In this document: positions 51,301 to 59,317 of the stretch, one piece after another
Position numbering within the stretch: the first letter of the stretch is position 1
How the letters are laid out: each line of letters opens with the position of its first letter
NCBI GenBank assembly: GCA_964516425.1
Contig: CAZFAM010000005.1
Location: forward strand, 132 to 64,131
Length of the DNA: 64,000 bases
Origin: an uncultured Bacteroidales bacterium
GTDB lineage: Bacteria > Bacillota_I > Bacilli_A > ML615J-28 > CAG-698
Direction of reading: 5' to 3'
Made by a program: the position numbers and the translations under genes
The notes under the pieces: generated by a model
The model's input: only the letters and a program-made list of their open reading frames with translations
Database searches by the model: none
Told to the model about the DNA's origin: nothing

Positions 51301-52100
51301 GGATTATTTGATAACATAGTATTCCAATTATTTTTCAGTTCTACTTGTTTTTGTTTACTAGTTATATCTTGCCCACTATGACAATGTACTGCATAACATA
51401 ATCCAACAGCGTTTATTAATCTTGGAAGTTCCGAAAAAGCTGAACCATTATATGGAGTTCCCATACTAATTAAGTTAGCTACATTATATGGATGATTCGT
51501 TGCATAGATTAGATTAATTAATCCACCTCTGCTATGTCCAATCAAATTTATTTTAGGCAACTTTCCTGTATACAATTTATAATCATAAGATATTGAATCA
51601 ATCAATGAGTCTAGTTCTTTATAAACAACATCATGATATTCGTTATAATAGTATTGACCAAAAATAATTACTGCATGCTTACAAAAATCGCGAATTGTAT
51701 CTACAGGAATTTTTACATAATTATAATAATCTGTACCAGTTATTAAATCTCCCTTCTCACACAAATATAAATCGAAATCCTTAAATGTTGTAGTATCATT
51801 TGTATTTATTTTCATATCAGCAAGATAAACATCCGCATATGCATGAATTCTTAAAACTTCGATTAATGAATTATTATCATATACCAATTCACCATGATAA
51901 CTAGCAAATGCTGATTCATTACTTCCTTGCCCAGGAGTTAAAATTGTTATTGCTGGACTATCATTTATGTATCTATTCAATAATGTCTGACTGTGTAAAT
52001 CAAAGACACTTCCATTTGACGCAAAAACATTAGTACTAAAAATAATATTTCCTATTAGTATTATGATAAAGTAAAGAATTGTCTTAAATATTTTTTTCAT
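48333..52100 (-). CDS. Giant secreted protein: alpha/beta-hydrolase (lipase/esterase-like) domain, repeated beta-sandwich (PPC-like) modules, and C-terminal GLUG-motif repeats
   Basis: 1255 aa with signal peptide ending VFA-S. Nucleophile elbow LIGHSRGG followed by ISMGTPYNGS. The middle region has Y.F....F.L-type beta modules. The C-terminus has repeated IGGLVGF / MGGITGA / TGGIVGK units separated by N-C segments (GLUG-like). Confidence 0.75.
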   Translation of the reverse strand: MKKIFKTILYFIIILIGNIIFSTNVFASNGSVFDLHSQTLLNRYINDSPAITILTPGQGSNESAFASYHGELVYDNNSLIEVLRIHAYADVYLADMKINTNDTTTFKDFDLYLCEKGDLITGTDYYNYVKIPVDTIRDFCKHAVIIFGQYYYNEYHDVVYKELDSLIDSISYDYKLYTGKLPKINLIGHSRGGLINLIYATNHPYNVANLISMGTPYNGSAFSELPRLINAVGLCYAVHCHSGQDITSKQKQVELKNNWNTMLSNNPNANINAVAIGSCTSSDYLEELFAGGYVNDELYNLLEIDSCDASFFEKVKFFIVNLAANGITQYINEHPEVVNGIFRVVDFGIDIVNFFSDDTTLEDREQIQTIFNNCYLDYGKLVIKDDLFIDYESQIASGFNGFKEKKKIFFSDNTNYSKVSQVNVPIPHNLEARDTEIISIIMSELTYGSIATNMGNVLINEVKTISNRINAIKYTFTPPVSSQFKLNFSNNDLIILLQDTDSNFISEHNVNDFVNLDADKTYNIYIHNNGTNYNGSFSIVFPFVDDFINVNYTLSSYETTYIMVQETSNKIIKYKTNNNNIIIEVLNNSYQKITNSAETVAHCFNENQIYYLKIKNTKSTNQSVNLTTESLDDIIYNSSLSVTIGDNYNYFKFVAPSTNTFVFKLTATEVSNFYPNVEMYSSLYCYVQRIDSVNAKHGNLYSIPLIEGEVIYIGIKNKLLNPQVISISAEISNYYWTVDGIINSDRIVNMNRSGNDKIRVSYYHNGHQLKGSLKFESNYLNYFEYNAVEDGYAYDITLKSNANLNWDGSTYLSFCIEAFDGDIAFATQKIDVSVNPYIDINLINTSDEFDYSVIIDVGASTTISGESITVTLIMKDKNNHSELQSFTSTSFSSAKLVPPSTYYKVGNLEISIYSVTFKNGSNCKTYYIDSDSEFFAYTSNTITKKGFIQNGNGTSSSPYLISSFRELNNIREFVVFDSYYESYYINGYFKLTENIIISEDWQPIETCFKRNFNGNSKTISNLSMKIISSNIDYGLFKSVDNATFSNLNISNITVFSGSNSGSVCIGSICGFASNSNFIGCVAKSGTMGASYNNSKSYIGGLVGFCNNSNFTNCTAGESNNKLKIYSYGSMGGITGASMSGSFSNCINNANLYNYWDGSCNGYTGGIVGKATVSSTFTNCKNYGLIMFSSSQSDSKELAPYMGQIIGYKDSTVTLSGSVCSGTCNYENLIKVGGFLGIGRTNQGRYASEEEYGYSE

Positions 52101-52124
52101 TATTGCACTCCCATCATTTGATTA

Positions 52125-52379
52125 TTATCGTTCATTGTCTTTTAACTTCACGCCTAATAAGAAAATACCATCTGGATTATCATCATCTTCAACAACAATA
52201 ACATTGGTTGAAGCATCAATATTGTTATTATCAAAATCTTGATTTAGTCTGTCATCTTTAATACTATTTTCATCAATTACACTATTATCTTCGAATGCAC
52301 TTACCGACAATGAATTAATAGAAAAAATAAATCCAAACATTACAAAAACAATTAAAATTAAGTTAACAAATTTATTCAT
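52125..52379 (-). CDS. Small secreted acidic protein / candidate pro-peptide
   Basis: 84 aa with signal peptide ending SVSA-F. The mature part is D/N/E-rich with a hydrophobic patch DGIFLLGV near the C-terminus. AAAGGA RBS; 24 nt upstream of the giant gene. Confidence 0.55.
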   Translation of the reverse strand: MNKFVNLILIVFVMFGFIFSINSLSVSAFEDNSVIDENSIKDDRLNQDFDNNNIDASTNVIVVEDDDNPDGIFLLGVKLKDNER

Positions 52380-52550
52380 AATAAATTTTTCCTTTCATTA
52401 AATGATGTCAATATTTTACATTATTTTTTATGCAAAATCAAATTGCAACCATTTATAAAAATGAACGAAATATTAATTTTTTTTACAAAAAAATTAAAAA
52501 GCGTTTAATTAAATAAGCGCCTTTAATCAAATATATATATTTACTACAGT

Positions 52551-53672
52551 TTACAACTTTTTTAAAATTTTTAATAAAACATTTCCAATATTTTTATTTT
52601 CCAATTCTAATAATGCTCTTTTATCTTTGTTTATTAAATAACAATGTAAGTTTTCTAATACATTTTTATAACCATCATCTAATTCATTCAACGATAATTC
52701 TTCTTTATAATATATATTATACTCATCTTTATTCTTTTTAAATTTTGAAATTAATAATACACACATCTCAGTAATATTATATGATTTTTTGTTCTTTAAT
52801 AGTTTCAACACTTCATCATATTTTTTTAAACCTAATAATGAAAACATTAGATGTTTTAATGTTGCTTTGTATTCTACCCCGTTATTTCTTAAATTCATTA
52901 AAATCATTATTTGTTTTTGAGCTAATTCTCTACATTCATTATAATTCTCAATCATATTATAATTAGACATAATTGTTAAGTTTACATAAATTACTCTTAT
53001 GTAATTTTCTTCCTCAACGAATAATTGTTTTGCTTTTAAACAATAATATAAGCTGCCTGTATAATTTTCTAATAGCCAATATTTTGTCGCTATAATAAAA
53101 TAATGTAATCCTAAATTATAATTTTTAGAAGTTAGTTCGTCAGTTAATTCTGTTGTAAATGAAAGTCTAACTAAATCAGCAACATCTTCAAAAACAACTC
53201 CATAAAAAGGAAGAAACGAAATAGTTTCTAAATATAGATCATTATATTTTGAAATTGTGTCTTTAGGTGAATTATTTGCATTAGCTAACAAAAACAATTT
53301 AAATAAATTTAATATAGGATAAAGAATCAAGTTTTTACTTAATAGTAATTCTATATGTTCAATATAAATATTGTAATTATCATAAATTTTATAATACATA
53401 TCATAGTAAACATTATTTAAAAACAATTCCAATTCATCAATTTCTTCATTATCAACAGTTTGTAAATTAAATGTTTTAGAAAGTTTTTGTATAATACTAA
53501 CACCAATTTTTTGCTCACTTTTACTTGCACGTCTATATGAACTAGGAGTAATATTTTTACTATCTAAAAAAGCATCCTTATTATATGAGTTCTTTTTCAT
53601 TATAATATCAAATAATTTAAAATAAATAGTAGTAAATTTATAAACAGATAGATCAAATTTTTTGTAAAACAT
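52551..53672 (-). CDS. Cytoplasmic regulator candidate: degenerate N-terminal HTH plus long helical (TPR-like) domain, RNPP/AimR-like in size and layout
   Basis: 373 aa with an AAGGTG RBS. The N-terminal stretch DAFLDSKNITPSSYRRASKSEQKIGVSIIQKLSKTFNL resembles an XRE-type HTH. The rest is all-helical by composition. The family is not verified. Confidence 0.45.
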   Translation of the reverse strand: MFYKKFDLSVYKFTTIYFKLFDIIMKKNSYNKDAFLDSKNITPSSYRRASKSEQKIGVSIIQKLSKTFNLQTVDNEEIDELELFLNNVYYDMYYKIYDNYNIYIEHIELLLSKNLILYPILNLFKLFLLANANNSPKDTISKYNDLYLETISFLPFYGVVFEDVADLVRLSFTTELTDELTSKNYNLGLHYFIIATKYWLLENYTGSLYYCLKAKQLFVEEENYIRVIYVNLTIMSNYNMIENYNECRELAQKQIMILMNLRNNGVEYKATLKHLMFSLLGLKKYDEVLKLLKNKKSYNITEMCVLLISKFKKNKDEYNIYYKEELSLNELDDGYKNVLENLHCYLINKDKRALLELENKNIGNVLLKILKKL

Positions 53673-53921
53673 AATTACACCTTTTTACATTTTATTTTAA
53701 TATTATTTATTATATTTTATCATAAAATTAATTAAAGTACAATTTTATAGATAGTATAAAAATTTAATAGTTTTATTATTAAATTTACAACCAAATTAAA
53801 TCAAGTTCACAAAATATTTTAAAAATTTATTTATCACAAGAAATTTTAACGGAACAAAAATACATAATTTTCATATTTAAAGGCCAATATCTCTTGACAT
53901 TGACCTTTCCCCACATTTCTA

Positions 53922-54422
53922 TTAACAATATGAAACATAATAATAATTCCCATCATTATCTTGAACCTTTAATGAAGTAATACCATTTACTTCTTCAAAA
54001 AGAGAACTAATTTTAATACCTGTTCCTATTTTTTTTAAATACGCTTCTTTTCTTGTCCATTGTTTATAGAATTCTTCATCATTTTCAATGTTAAATCTAT
54101 TTTTCAATTGTGTAATATCTTTATTAGGATTAAGATATTCAATATCAATTCCACATTCTTCATTAGAAATAATAATAGCAATCATATTATGGGAATGAGA
54201 AATATTAAAATAAATATCCTTAATATAGGGCTTTTGATACTCATTATATGACAATTCAAAATTTTTAATTTGATATTCATTTTTTAGTATTGAATATAAT
54301 GTACTCCAAACAGCATAACTTTGTAATTCTATTTTTCCTTGACATTTTGCAATTTTATCCGAAAAAACACCATCGGGAATTTGAGCATGACAATCTCTAA
54401 TATCTTTAATATAAATTTTCAT
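53922..54422 (-). CDS. 4'-phosphopantetheinyl transferase, short Sfp-type
   Basis: FNISHSHN, GIDIE and WTRKEAYLKKIGTGI motifs. 166 aa; starts 3 nt after the anti-sigma stop. Confidence 0.8.
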   Translation of the reverse strand: MKIYIKDIRDCHAQIPDGVFSDKIAKCQGKIELQSYAVWSTLYSILKNEYQIKNFELSYNEYQKPYIKDIYFNISHSHNMIAIIISNEECGIDIEYLNPNKDITQLKNRFNIENDEEFYKQWTRKEAYLKKIGTGIKISSLFEEVNGITSLKVQDNDGNYYYVSYC

Positions 54423-54425
54423 ATT

Positions 54426-55769
54426 CTATTCCTTATTTAATAAATAATTCTTTGTGATCTTTAAATTATTAATTGCATTATCAAGATTTGTTTGATACGT
54501 ATTTTTAAAATCATCAATTGTATTTTTATTAAACTCTTGTAATTTACTATTGTCATACAAATCATTAATAGTAACTTGTTTAATAGGTAATTCAGCTTTA
54601 ATTTCTGTTAATGTTTCTAACACTTCTTCCATTGTGCGTTTTAAATCACTATATATGTTTTCTGCTATTTCTTCAATTGTGCTAAAAGCATATAAACAAG
54701 TTTTATAATTACCTTCCATTATATCTAATTTTGCTTTTTCAACTAAATAATCTAACATTGAATCACTATTACGAGCCTTATTTGTAATTTTCTTTTGCTT
54801 TAAATATTCTTGTTTTTTAAGTTCTAACTCTACCAAAGCTTTTTGATAATCAGAATCTTCATCTATAAATACTTTTTGATATTGTTCAATTAATTTTTGA
54901 TAAGCAGTTAAATATAAATCATAAAATTTATTATATTTGTCAATTAACAATTGATATGTACTATCTAATTCCTTAAGTAATTGATTAATATAATCATTTA
55001 TAACTATATTTGTTTGTTCATTTTTAAATGTTAAAAAGAGTTGTTCAAGTTTTTCACTAGCGATATCTTTTGTTTCTTTATGATAATTAGAAATCATTAA
55101 TACTAAATCATTGTAATTAACATTTGTTACATCACATTCAGGATAGTACGTATTAACTAATTGTTTTAATTCATCAATTGTTTTACCTGAATAATAAGTT
55201 ACTGATATTTTGTAATCATTATTGTTTTTCTTAATTTCATTAAGACTATTATTAATATAATCATTAAGGGTCTGTTTATGTTCTTCATCTTCAGAAGTAA
55301 TTGTTATTTTAGCATCATTTTGCTCTTCATCTAAATATCCCATTTCATATTCTAAAGTGAAAATAGTTTTTAAAACTTCATCTAATGATTTATTTTCAAA
55401 ATCTTCATTTAGAATAATCATTTTTCCTTCATCATTAAGTCCCTTTAATGATATAACTTGTTTATTATTATTAACTACTATTTCAATACTTGGATTAACA
55501 TCAATTTGAACAATGGAATTACTTTGAGGAGTTTCCAAGTATGGTGATGGAGATAATAAATTTACCAATACAATAACACAGATTAATAAAAGACAAGCAA
55601 ATGATGAGAAAATAGTAATCTTTTTATAGGATAACTTTTTAAAGAAAACTGTTTTTTTATTTTCAATACCAAATGTTTCATTAAAACGATGTTTTAAATT
55701 TATATCTGGTTCAGAGTCATTAAAATTATTTTGCAAACTTTTCTTTAATTTCTTTTCAAAATCACTCAT
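54426..55769 (-). CDS. Single-pass membrane protein, putative anti-sigma factor with a large ectodomain
   Basis: ATGA overlap with the sigma gene. It has a 50-aa cytoplasmic N-terminus, one TM helix (FSSFACLLLICVIVLVNLL), a juxtamembrane motif VQIDVNPSIEIVVNNNKQVISLKGLNDEGK, and then a helical region. No ZAS motif. Confidence 0.55.
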   Translation of the reverse strand: MSDFEKKLKKSLQNNFNDSEPDINLKHRFNETFGIENKKTVFFKKLSYKKITIFSSFACLLLICVIVLVNLLSPSPYLETPQSNSIVQIDVNPSIEIVVNNNKQVISLKGLNDEGKMIILNEDFENKSLDEVLKTIFTLEYEMGYLDEEQNDAKITITSEDEEHKQTLNDYINNSLNEIKKNNNDYKISVTYYSGKTIDELKQLVNTYYPECDVTNVNYNDLVLMISNYHKETKDIASEKLEQLFLTFKNEQTNIVINDYINQLLKELDSTYQLLIDKYNKFYDLYLTAYQKLIEQYQKVFIDEDSDYQKALVELELKKQEYLKQKKITNKARNSDSMLDYLVEKAKLDIMEGNYKTCLYAFSTIEEIAENIYSDLKRTMEEVLETLTEIKAELPIKQVTINDLYDNSKLQEFNKNTIDDFKNTYQTNLDNAINNLKITKNYLLNKE

Positions 55770-56266
55770 CTTTTCACCTCCTGTTTTAATTTTTCAATTC
55801 CATCATAGTATAATCCTTGAATTTGTCCTAAGGTTTTATTTAATAACTTGGCCATTTCTTTAAAACTATAATTATATATAAATCGTAAGATCATAATATT
55901 TTTTGTTTCTTCATCTAAAAATCGTTCAAATAAATCAATCATTTCATTATGATTATTATCATTAGCTTTGGCATAACCAACACTGGTATCATCTAAAACT
56001 TCATTTTCCTTTTTATTTCTTGTCACATGATTACAAGATTCATTTCTTGCTATCATACTAATCCATTCTTTTAATTTTCCATTATCTTCATACTTATCAA
56101 TATTTTTAATAACTTTATTAAATACCTCTATAGTTATATCTTCAGCATCTTGTTTATTCCGACTATAGGCATATGCAATATGATATACTAATTTAACATA
56201 ATCATTATATAATTTTTGTAAAGCTTCTTCATCTCTTTTTTTGAGTTTTGTTAAAAAATCATCCAT
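55766..56266 (-). CDS. ECF-type sigma-70 family RNA polymerase sigma factor
   Basis: 166 aa. Region 2 (DAEDITIEVFNKVIKNIDKY...WISMIARNE) and region 4 (ILRFIYNYSFKEMAKLLNKTLGQIQ). Confidence 0.85.
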   Translation of the reverse strand: MDDFLTKLKKRDEEALQKLYNDYVKLVYHIAYAYSRNKQDAEDITIEVFNKVIKNIDKYEDNGKLKEWISMIARNESCNHVTRNKKENEVLDDTSVGYAKANDNNHNEMIDLFERFLDEETKNIMILRFIYNYSFKEMAKLLNKTLGQIQGLYYDGIEKLKQEVKR

Positions 56267-56348
56267 TGTTTACCCTTTCATTTTTACTTTTTCTTTTTAC
56301 TATTATATCATAATTTAAAGAAAAGCTAAATAGACAAGTTATTAAATA

Positions 56349-56378
56349 AAGCCATATTTATGAATCTAAATATGGCTT
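56349..56378 (-). terminator. Hairpin terminator between the lipoprotein gene and the sigma operon
   Basis: Perfect 12-bp stem AAGCCATATTTA / TAAATATGGCTT with T/A-rich flanks. Confidence 0.65.
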
Positions 56379-56384
56379 CTTTTT

Positions 56385-57611
56385 TTATGCTTCTTTATTA
56401 TTTAAAATAGAATCTTTTAAAGCTTCTTTTTGTGCTTTTAATTGTGCTTCCATTTTTTGAATGTCTTCTTTATGAGCATCTTCAAATTTTGTAAAGAATT
56501 CATCTTTAGCTTTATTCATCGCTGTTTCAATTTCTGTTGCTTTTTCAGTTAATGTAGCTTCTAAATTAAATTGTTTTAATGTTTCTTCAATCGCTTCAAA
56601 TTTTTCTTCAGCACTTTTCATACCTTCAATTACAGTATCAAAACTCTTAACTAAATCATCACCTAATTTTACAAATGCAGCTTCTAATTTATTATATTGT
56701 TCTTCTAAATCTTTTAATTTTAATTCCGCATTAATTTTAACATCACCAACTTCAAGTGAAGCTACAAATGATCTTTGTTCCACAAACTTAACTTTAGCAG
56801 CTCTTAATTCAACCAATGCTTTTTGATAAGCTGAATCAGGAGAAATTAATGTATTATATTTTGTATCTTCTACTTTTTGAATAGCTGTCTTGTATAATTG
56901 CAATGCTTGCTCATAACCAGTCACAACCAATGTATATGCACTACCTAAGCCTTTAATAACGTCGGCTGTTGCTTGTTTTTCCGCAAATGCAATTTCATAT
57001 TCTTTTGCTTCGTAATATAATTTTTTCATTTCTTCAGAAACTAATTCTGCTGTTTCTAATCTACTAACTTTTAATGCTTGTAATAATTGTTCTTCAGTCA
57101 TTGCTTCAACTTCTTCTTCAGTGAATGTTGAATTATTTAAAACTAATAATTTTAATTCCGCAATTGCTAATGCTTTACCTTCAGTTACAACAGCAGTAAT
57201 ACCACTTTTATCTAATGCTTCTTGTGCAGATTGTTTTACTTCAGATGCTAATTTTTTTGCATACTCACTATCACCAGAAACAGAAATAGTTACTTCATTT
57301 TTAGAAACACTAGCTTCCCCTTTAACAATGTATCCTGTTTCAGTACATAAATTAATAATTAATTGTGTTGCTTCATCAACATCTTTACCCACAATTGCTT
57401 CTCCCGCAATTATAATACTACCATCATCATTTAAAGCAGAGCAAGAAATAACTTTTTTATCTTCATCAACCATTAATTCGATGCTTGGATTAACATCGAC
57501 AGTTACTCTTGATAATTCACCTTTTTCTTTTTCTTCATTACATCCTACTAGCACAAATGCACACATCACTACCATTATTAAACATAAAATACTTTTAAAA
57601 ACTTTTTTCAT
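56385..57611 (-). CDS. Lipoprotein paralogous to the anti-sigma ectodomain
   Basis: Lipobox LVGCNE. VTVDVNPSIELMVDEDKKVISCSALNDDGS and DSAYQKALVELRAAK are colinear with the motifs of ORF 54426-55769. Ala/Glu/Lys-rich helical C-terminal region. AAGGAG RBS. Confidence 0.75.
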   Translation of the reverse strand: MKKVFKSILCLIMVVMCAFVLVGCNEEKEKGELSRVTVDVNPSIELMVDEDKKVISCSALNDDGSIIIAGEAIVGKDVDEATQLIINLCTETGYIVKGEASVSKNEVTISVSGDSEYAKKLASEVKQSAQEALDKSGITAVVTEGKALAIAELKLLVLNNSTFTEEEVEAMTEEQLLQALKVSRLETAELVSEEMKKLYYEAKEYEIAFAEKQATADVIKGLGSAYTLVVTGYEQALQLYKTAIQKVEDTKYNTLISPDSAYQKALVELRAAKVKFVEQRSFVASLEVGDVKINAELKLKDLEEQYNKLEAAFVKLGDDLVKSFDTVIEGMKSAEEKFEAIEETLKQFNLEATLTEKATEIETAMNKAKDEFFTKFEDAHKEDIQKMEAQLKAQKEALKDSILNNKEA

Positions 57612-57741
57612 TTCATTTTTCTCCTTTTAATCTTTACACTATACATAACACAAAATATAAAAAAATTATTCTAAAATTTTAATTTTTTTAAAAATTTATT
57701 TTTAATAATATATTTTATCTAATTAATTATTTCCTATATTA

Positions 57742-59235
57742 TTAATTATTTTTTATACTTATAATTGCCTTATGAAGGTTGTTTATTGTGTCTCTAGCAA
57801 GCATTGATATATCACCATATTCCTTTTGAGCAAGTTCTCCAGCCATTCCATTGATGTATGCTCCTCCCGCAACAGCAAGTAAGATATTATCTAAATTATA
57901 TCCTACAACAGCCGCTAAAATTCCTGATAATACATCACCACTTCCTGCGGTTGCCATTCCTGCACATCCCCTATCAACTAAATAAACATCTTCCTTATTT
58001 GCAATAATAGTGCAAGGGCCTTTTAAAAGTAATGTAATATCATATTTTTTTACATATTCCATTACTTCTTTAATTGGATTTTTATTAATTTCATTAATCG
58101 ATTTATTTGTTAAACGTGAGAACTCCATCATATGAGGCGTCATTATTACTTCACATTTTCGGTTTAAAAGTATATTTTCATCCATTTCTGATAAGGCATT
58201 TAATCCATCAGCATCAATAATTAATACCCCTTTATAATTTTTTAACAAGAAATTTAAACATAACTTAGTATCATTATTATTTGTTATTCCCATTCCAAAA
58301 GCAATAACTTTATTTTTTTTGATTATTGAGTTCATTATACCTTCATTAAATGCTATATGACCATCTTTTTCTGTAAATGGACTTACCGTTGCTTCCATAT
58401 TTCTTTCGGAAATTAAATCAACAAGAGATTCAGGAACGCAAACATTTACCACTCCTGCTCCCGCTCTCATGGCACTATAAGCGCACATTGACATTCTTAT
58501 TGCTCCATTATATTGCCTTGATCCACCCATCAAACAAATATATGAGTATGTGGATTTATTAGAATAGTTTAAACGATCTTTAAATATTGATTGTAAATCA
58601 CATGTTTCAATTAAATGATATGGTTTATTAATAATATCAATTCCTATTTCACAATTCACTTTATCTTTCATAACATCTTTTGCCATATTCAAAAAGTGTC
58701 CTGTTTTAAAAGTGCCAATAGAAATAGTTAATGATGAATTAACACAATAAGTTGCTAATCCATTATCGCCATTTAAACCACTATTAATATCTATTGATAT
58801 AACTTTTTTCTTACTTCCGTTTATTAAATTTATAACACTTAAAATATTATCAGGAATTTCATTTTTAAAACCCGTTCCCAATATAGCATCTACTATAATA
58901 TCATATGATGAAAAATTTGTATTTTTATCAATCATTTTTATTTCCACATAGTTATTTAAACATATATTAAAATAATATAACCCATCACTAGAAAACTTAT
59001 TTTCAAGCAAAAAAATAGTACATGGAATACCATTCTCATTTAATAACTTTGCTAATACATATCCATCTCCCGCATTATTTCCAGTGCCACATACTATTGC
59101 AACTCTTCCGTCCCATTCACATGTATTATAAACTGCTAATCCTGCTTTATACATTAGCTCTCTACTAGGTGTTTTATGAGCAATAGTATATTCATCACTT
59201 TTTCGCATATTTTCATTTGATACAACTGTAATCAT
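57742..59235 (-). CDS. nnr: Bifunctional NAD(P)H-hydrate repair enzyme (epimerase / ADP-dependent dehydratase)
   Basis: YjeF_N motif GTGNNAGDG, and C-terminal carbohydrate-kinase motifs GMATAGSGDVLSG. Confidence 0.9.
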   Translation of the reverse strand: MITVVSNENMRKSDEYTIAHKTPSRELMYKAGLAVYNTCEWDGRVAIVCGTGNNAGDGYVLAKLLNENGIPCTIFLLENKFSSDGLYYFNICLNNYVEIKMIDKNTNFSSYDIIVDAILGTGFKNEIPDNILSVINLINGSKKKVISIDINSGLNGDNGLATYCVNSSLTISIGTFKTGHFLNMAKDVMKDKVNCEIGIDIINKPYHLIETCDLQSIFKDRLNYSNKSTYSYICLMGGSRQYNGAIRMSMCAYSAMRAGAGVVNVCVPESLVDLISERNMEATVSPFTEKDGHIAFNEGIMNSIIKKNKVIAFGMGITNNNDTKLCLNFLLKNYKGVLIIDADGLNALSEMDENILLNRKCEVIMTPHMMEFSRLTNKSINEINKNPIKEVMEYVKKYDITLLLKGPCTIIANKEDVYLVDRGCAGMATAGSGDVLSGILAAVVGYNLDNILLAVAGGAYINGMAGELAQKEYGDISMLARDTINNLHKAIISIKNN

Positions 59236-59284
59236 TTTTCTACCTCTCTAGCAATATTTTATCATTTTTTAAATAATTTGTCAC

Positions 59285-59317
59285 TATAAAAAATACTACT
59301 ATCTTAAATAGCAGTAT
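59285..59317 (-). terminator. Hairpin plus T-run overlapping the 3' end of the membrane-protein gene
   Basis: Minus strand ATACTGCTAT / ATAGTAGTAT followed by T6. The stop codon lies in the loop. Confidence 0.5.

Noticed and set aside
52497-52530. Weak hairpin (AGGCG / CGCTT) plus T-rich run between the regulator gene and the pro-peptide gene.
   Set aside because: The stem is only 5 bp including a G-U pair. It may attenuate read-through but does not justify a terminator call.
53879-53910. Hairpin AAAGGCCAAT / ATTGACCTTT downstream of the PPTase gene, considered as a terminator.
   Set aside because: It has one mismatch and no T-run on the transcribed (minus) strand, which is too weak to call. 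The regulator gene downstream has its own RBS, but its promoter was not identifiable.
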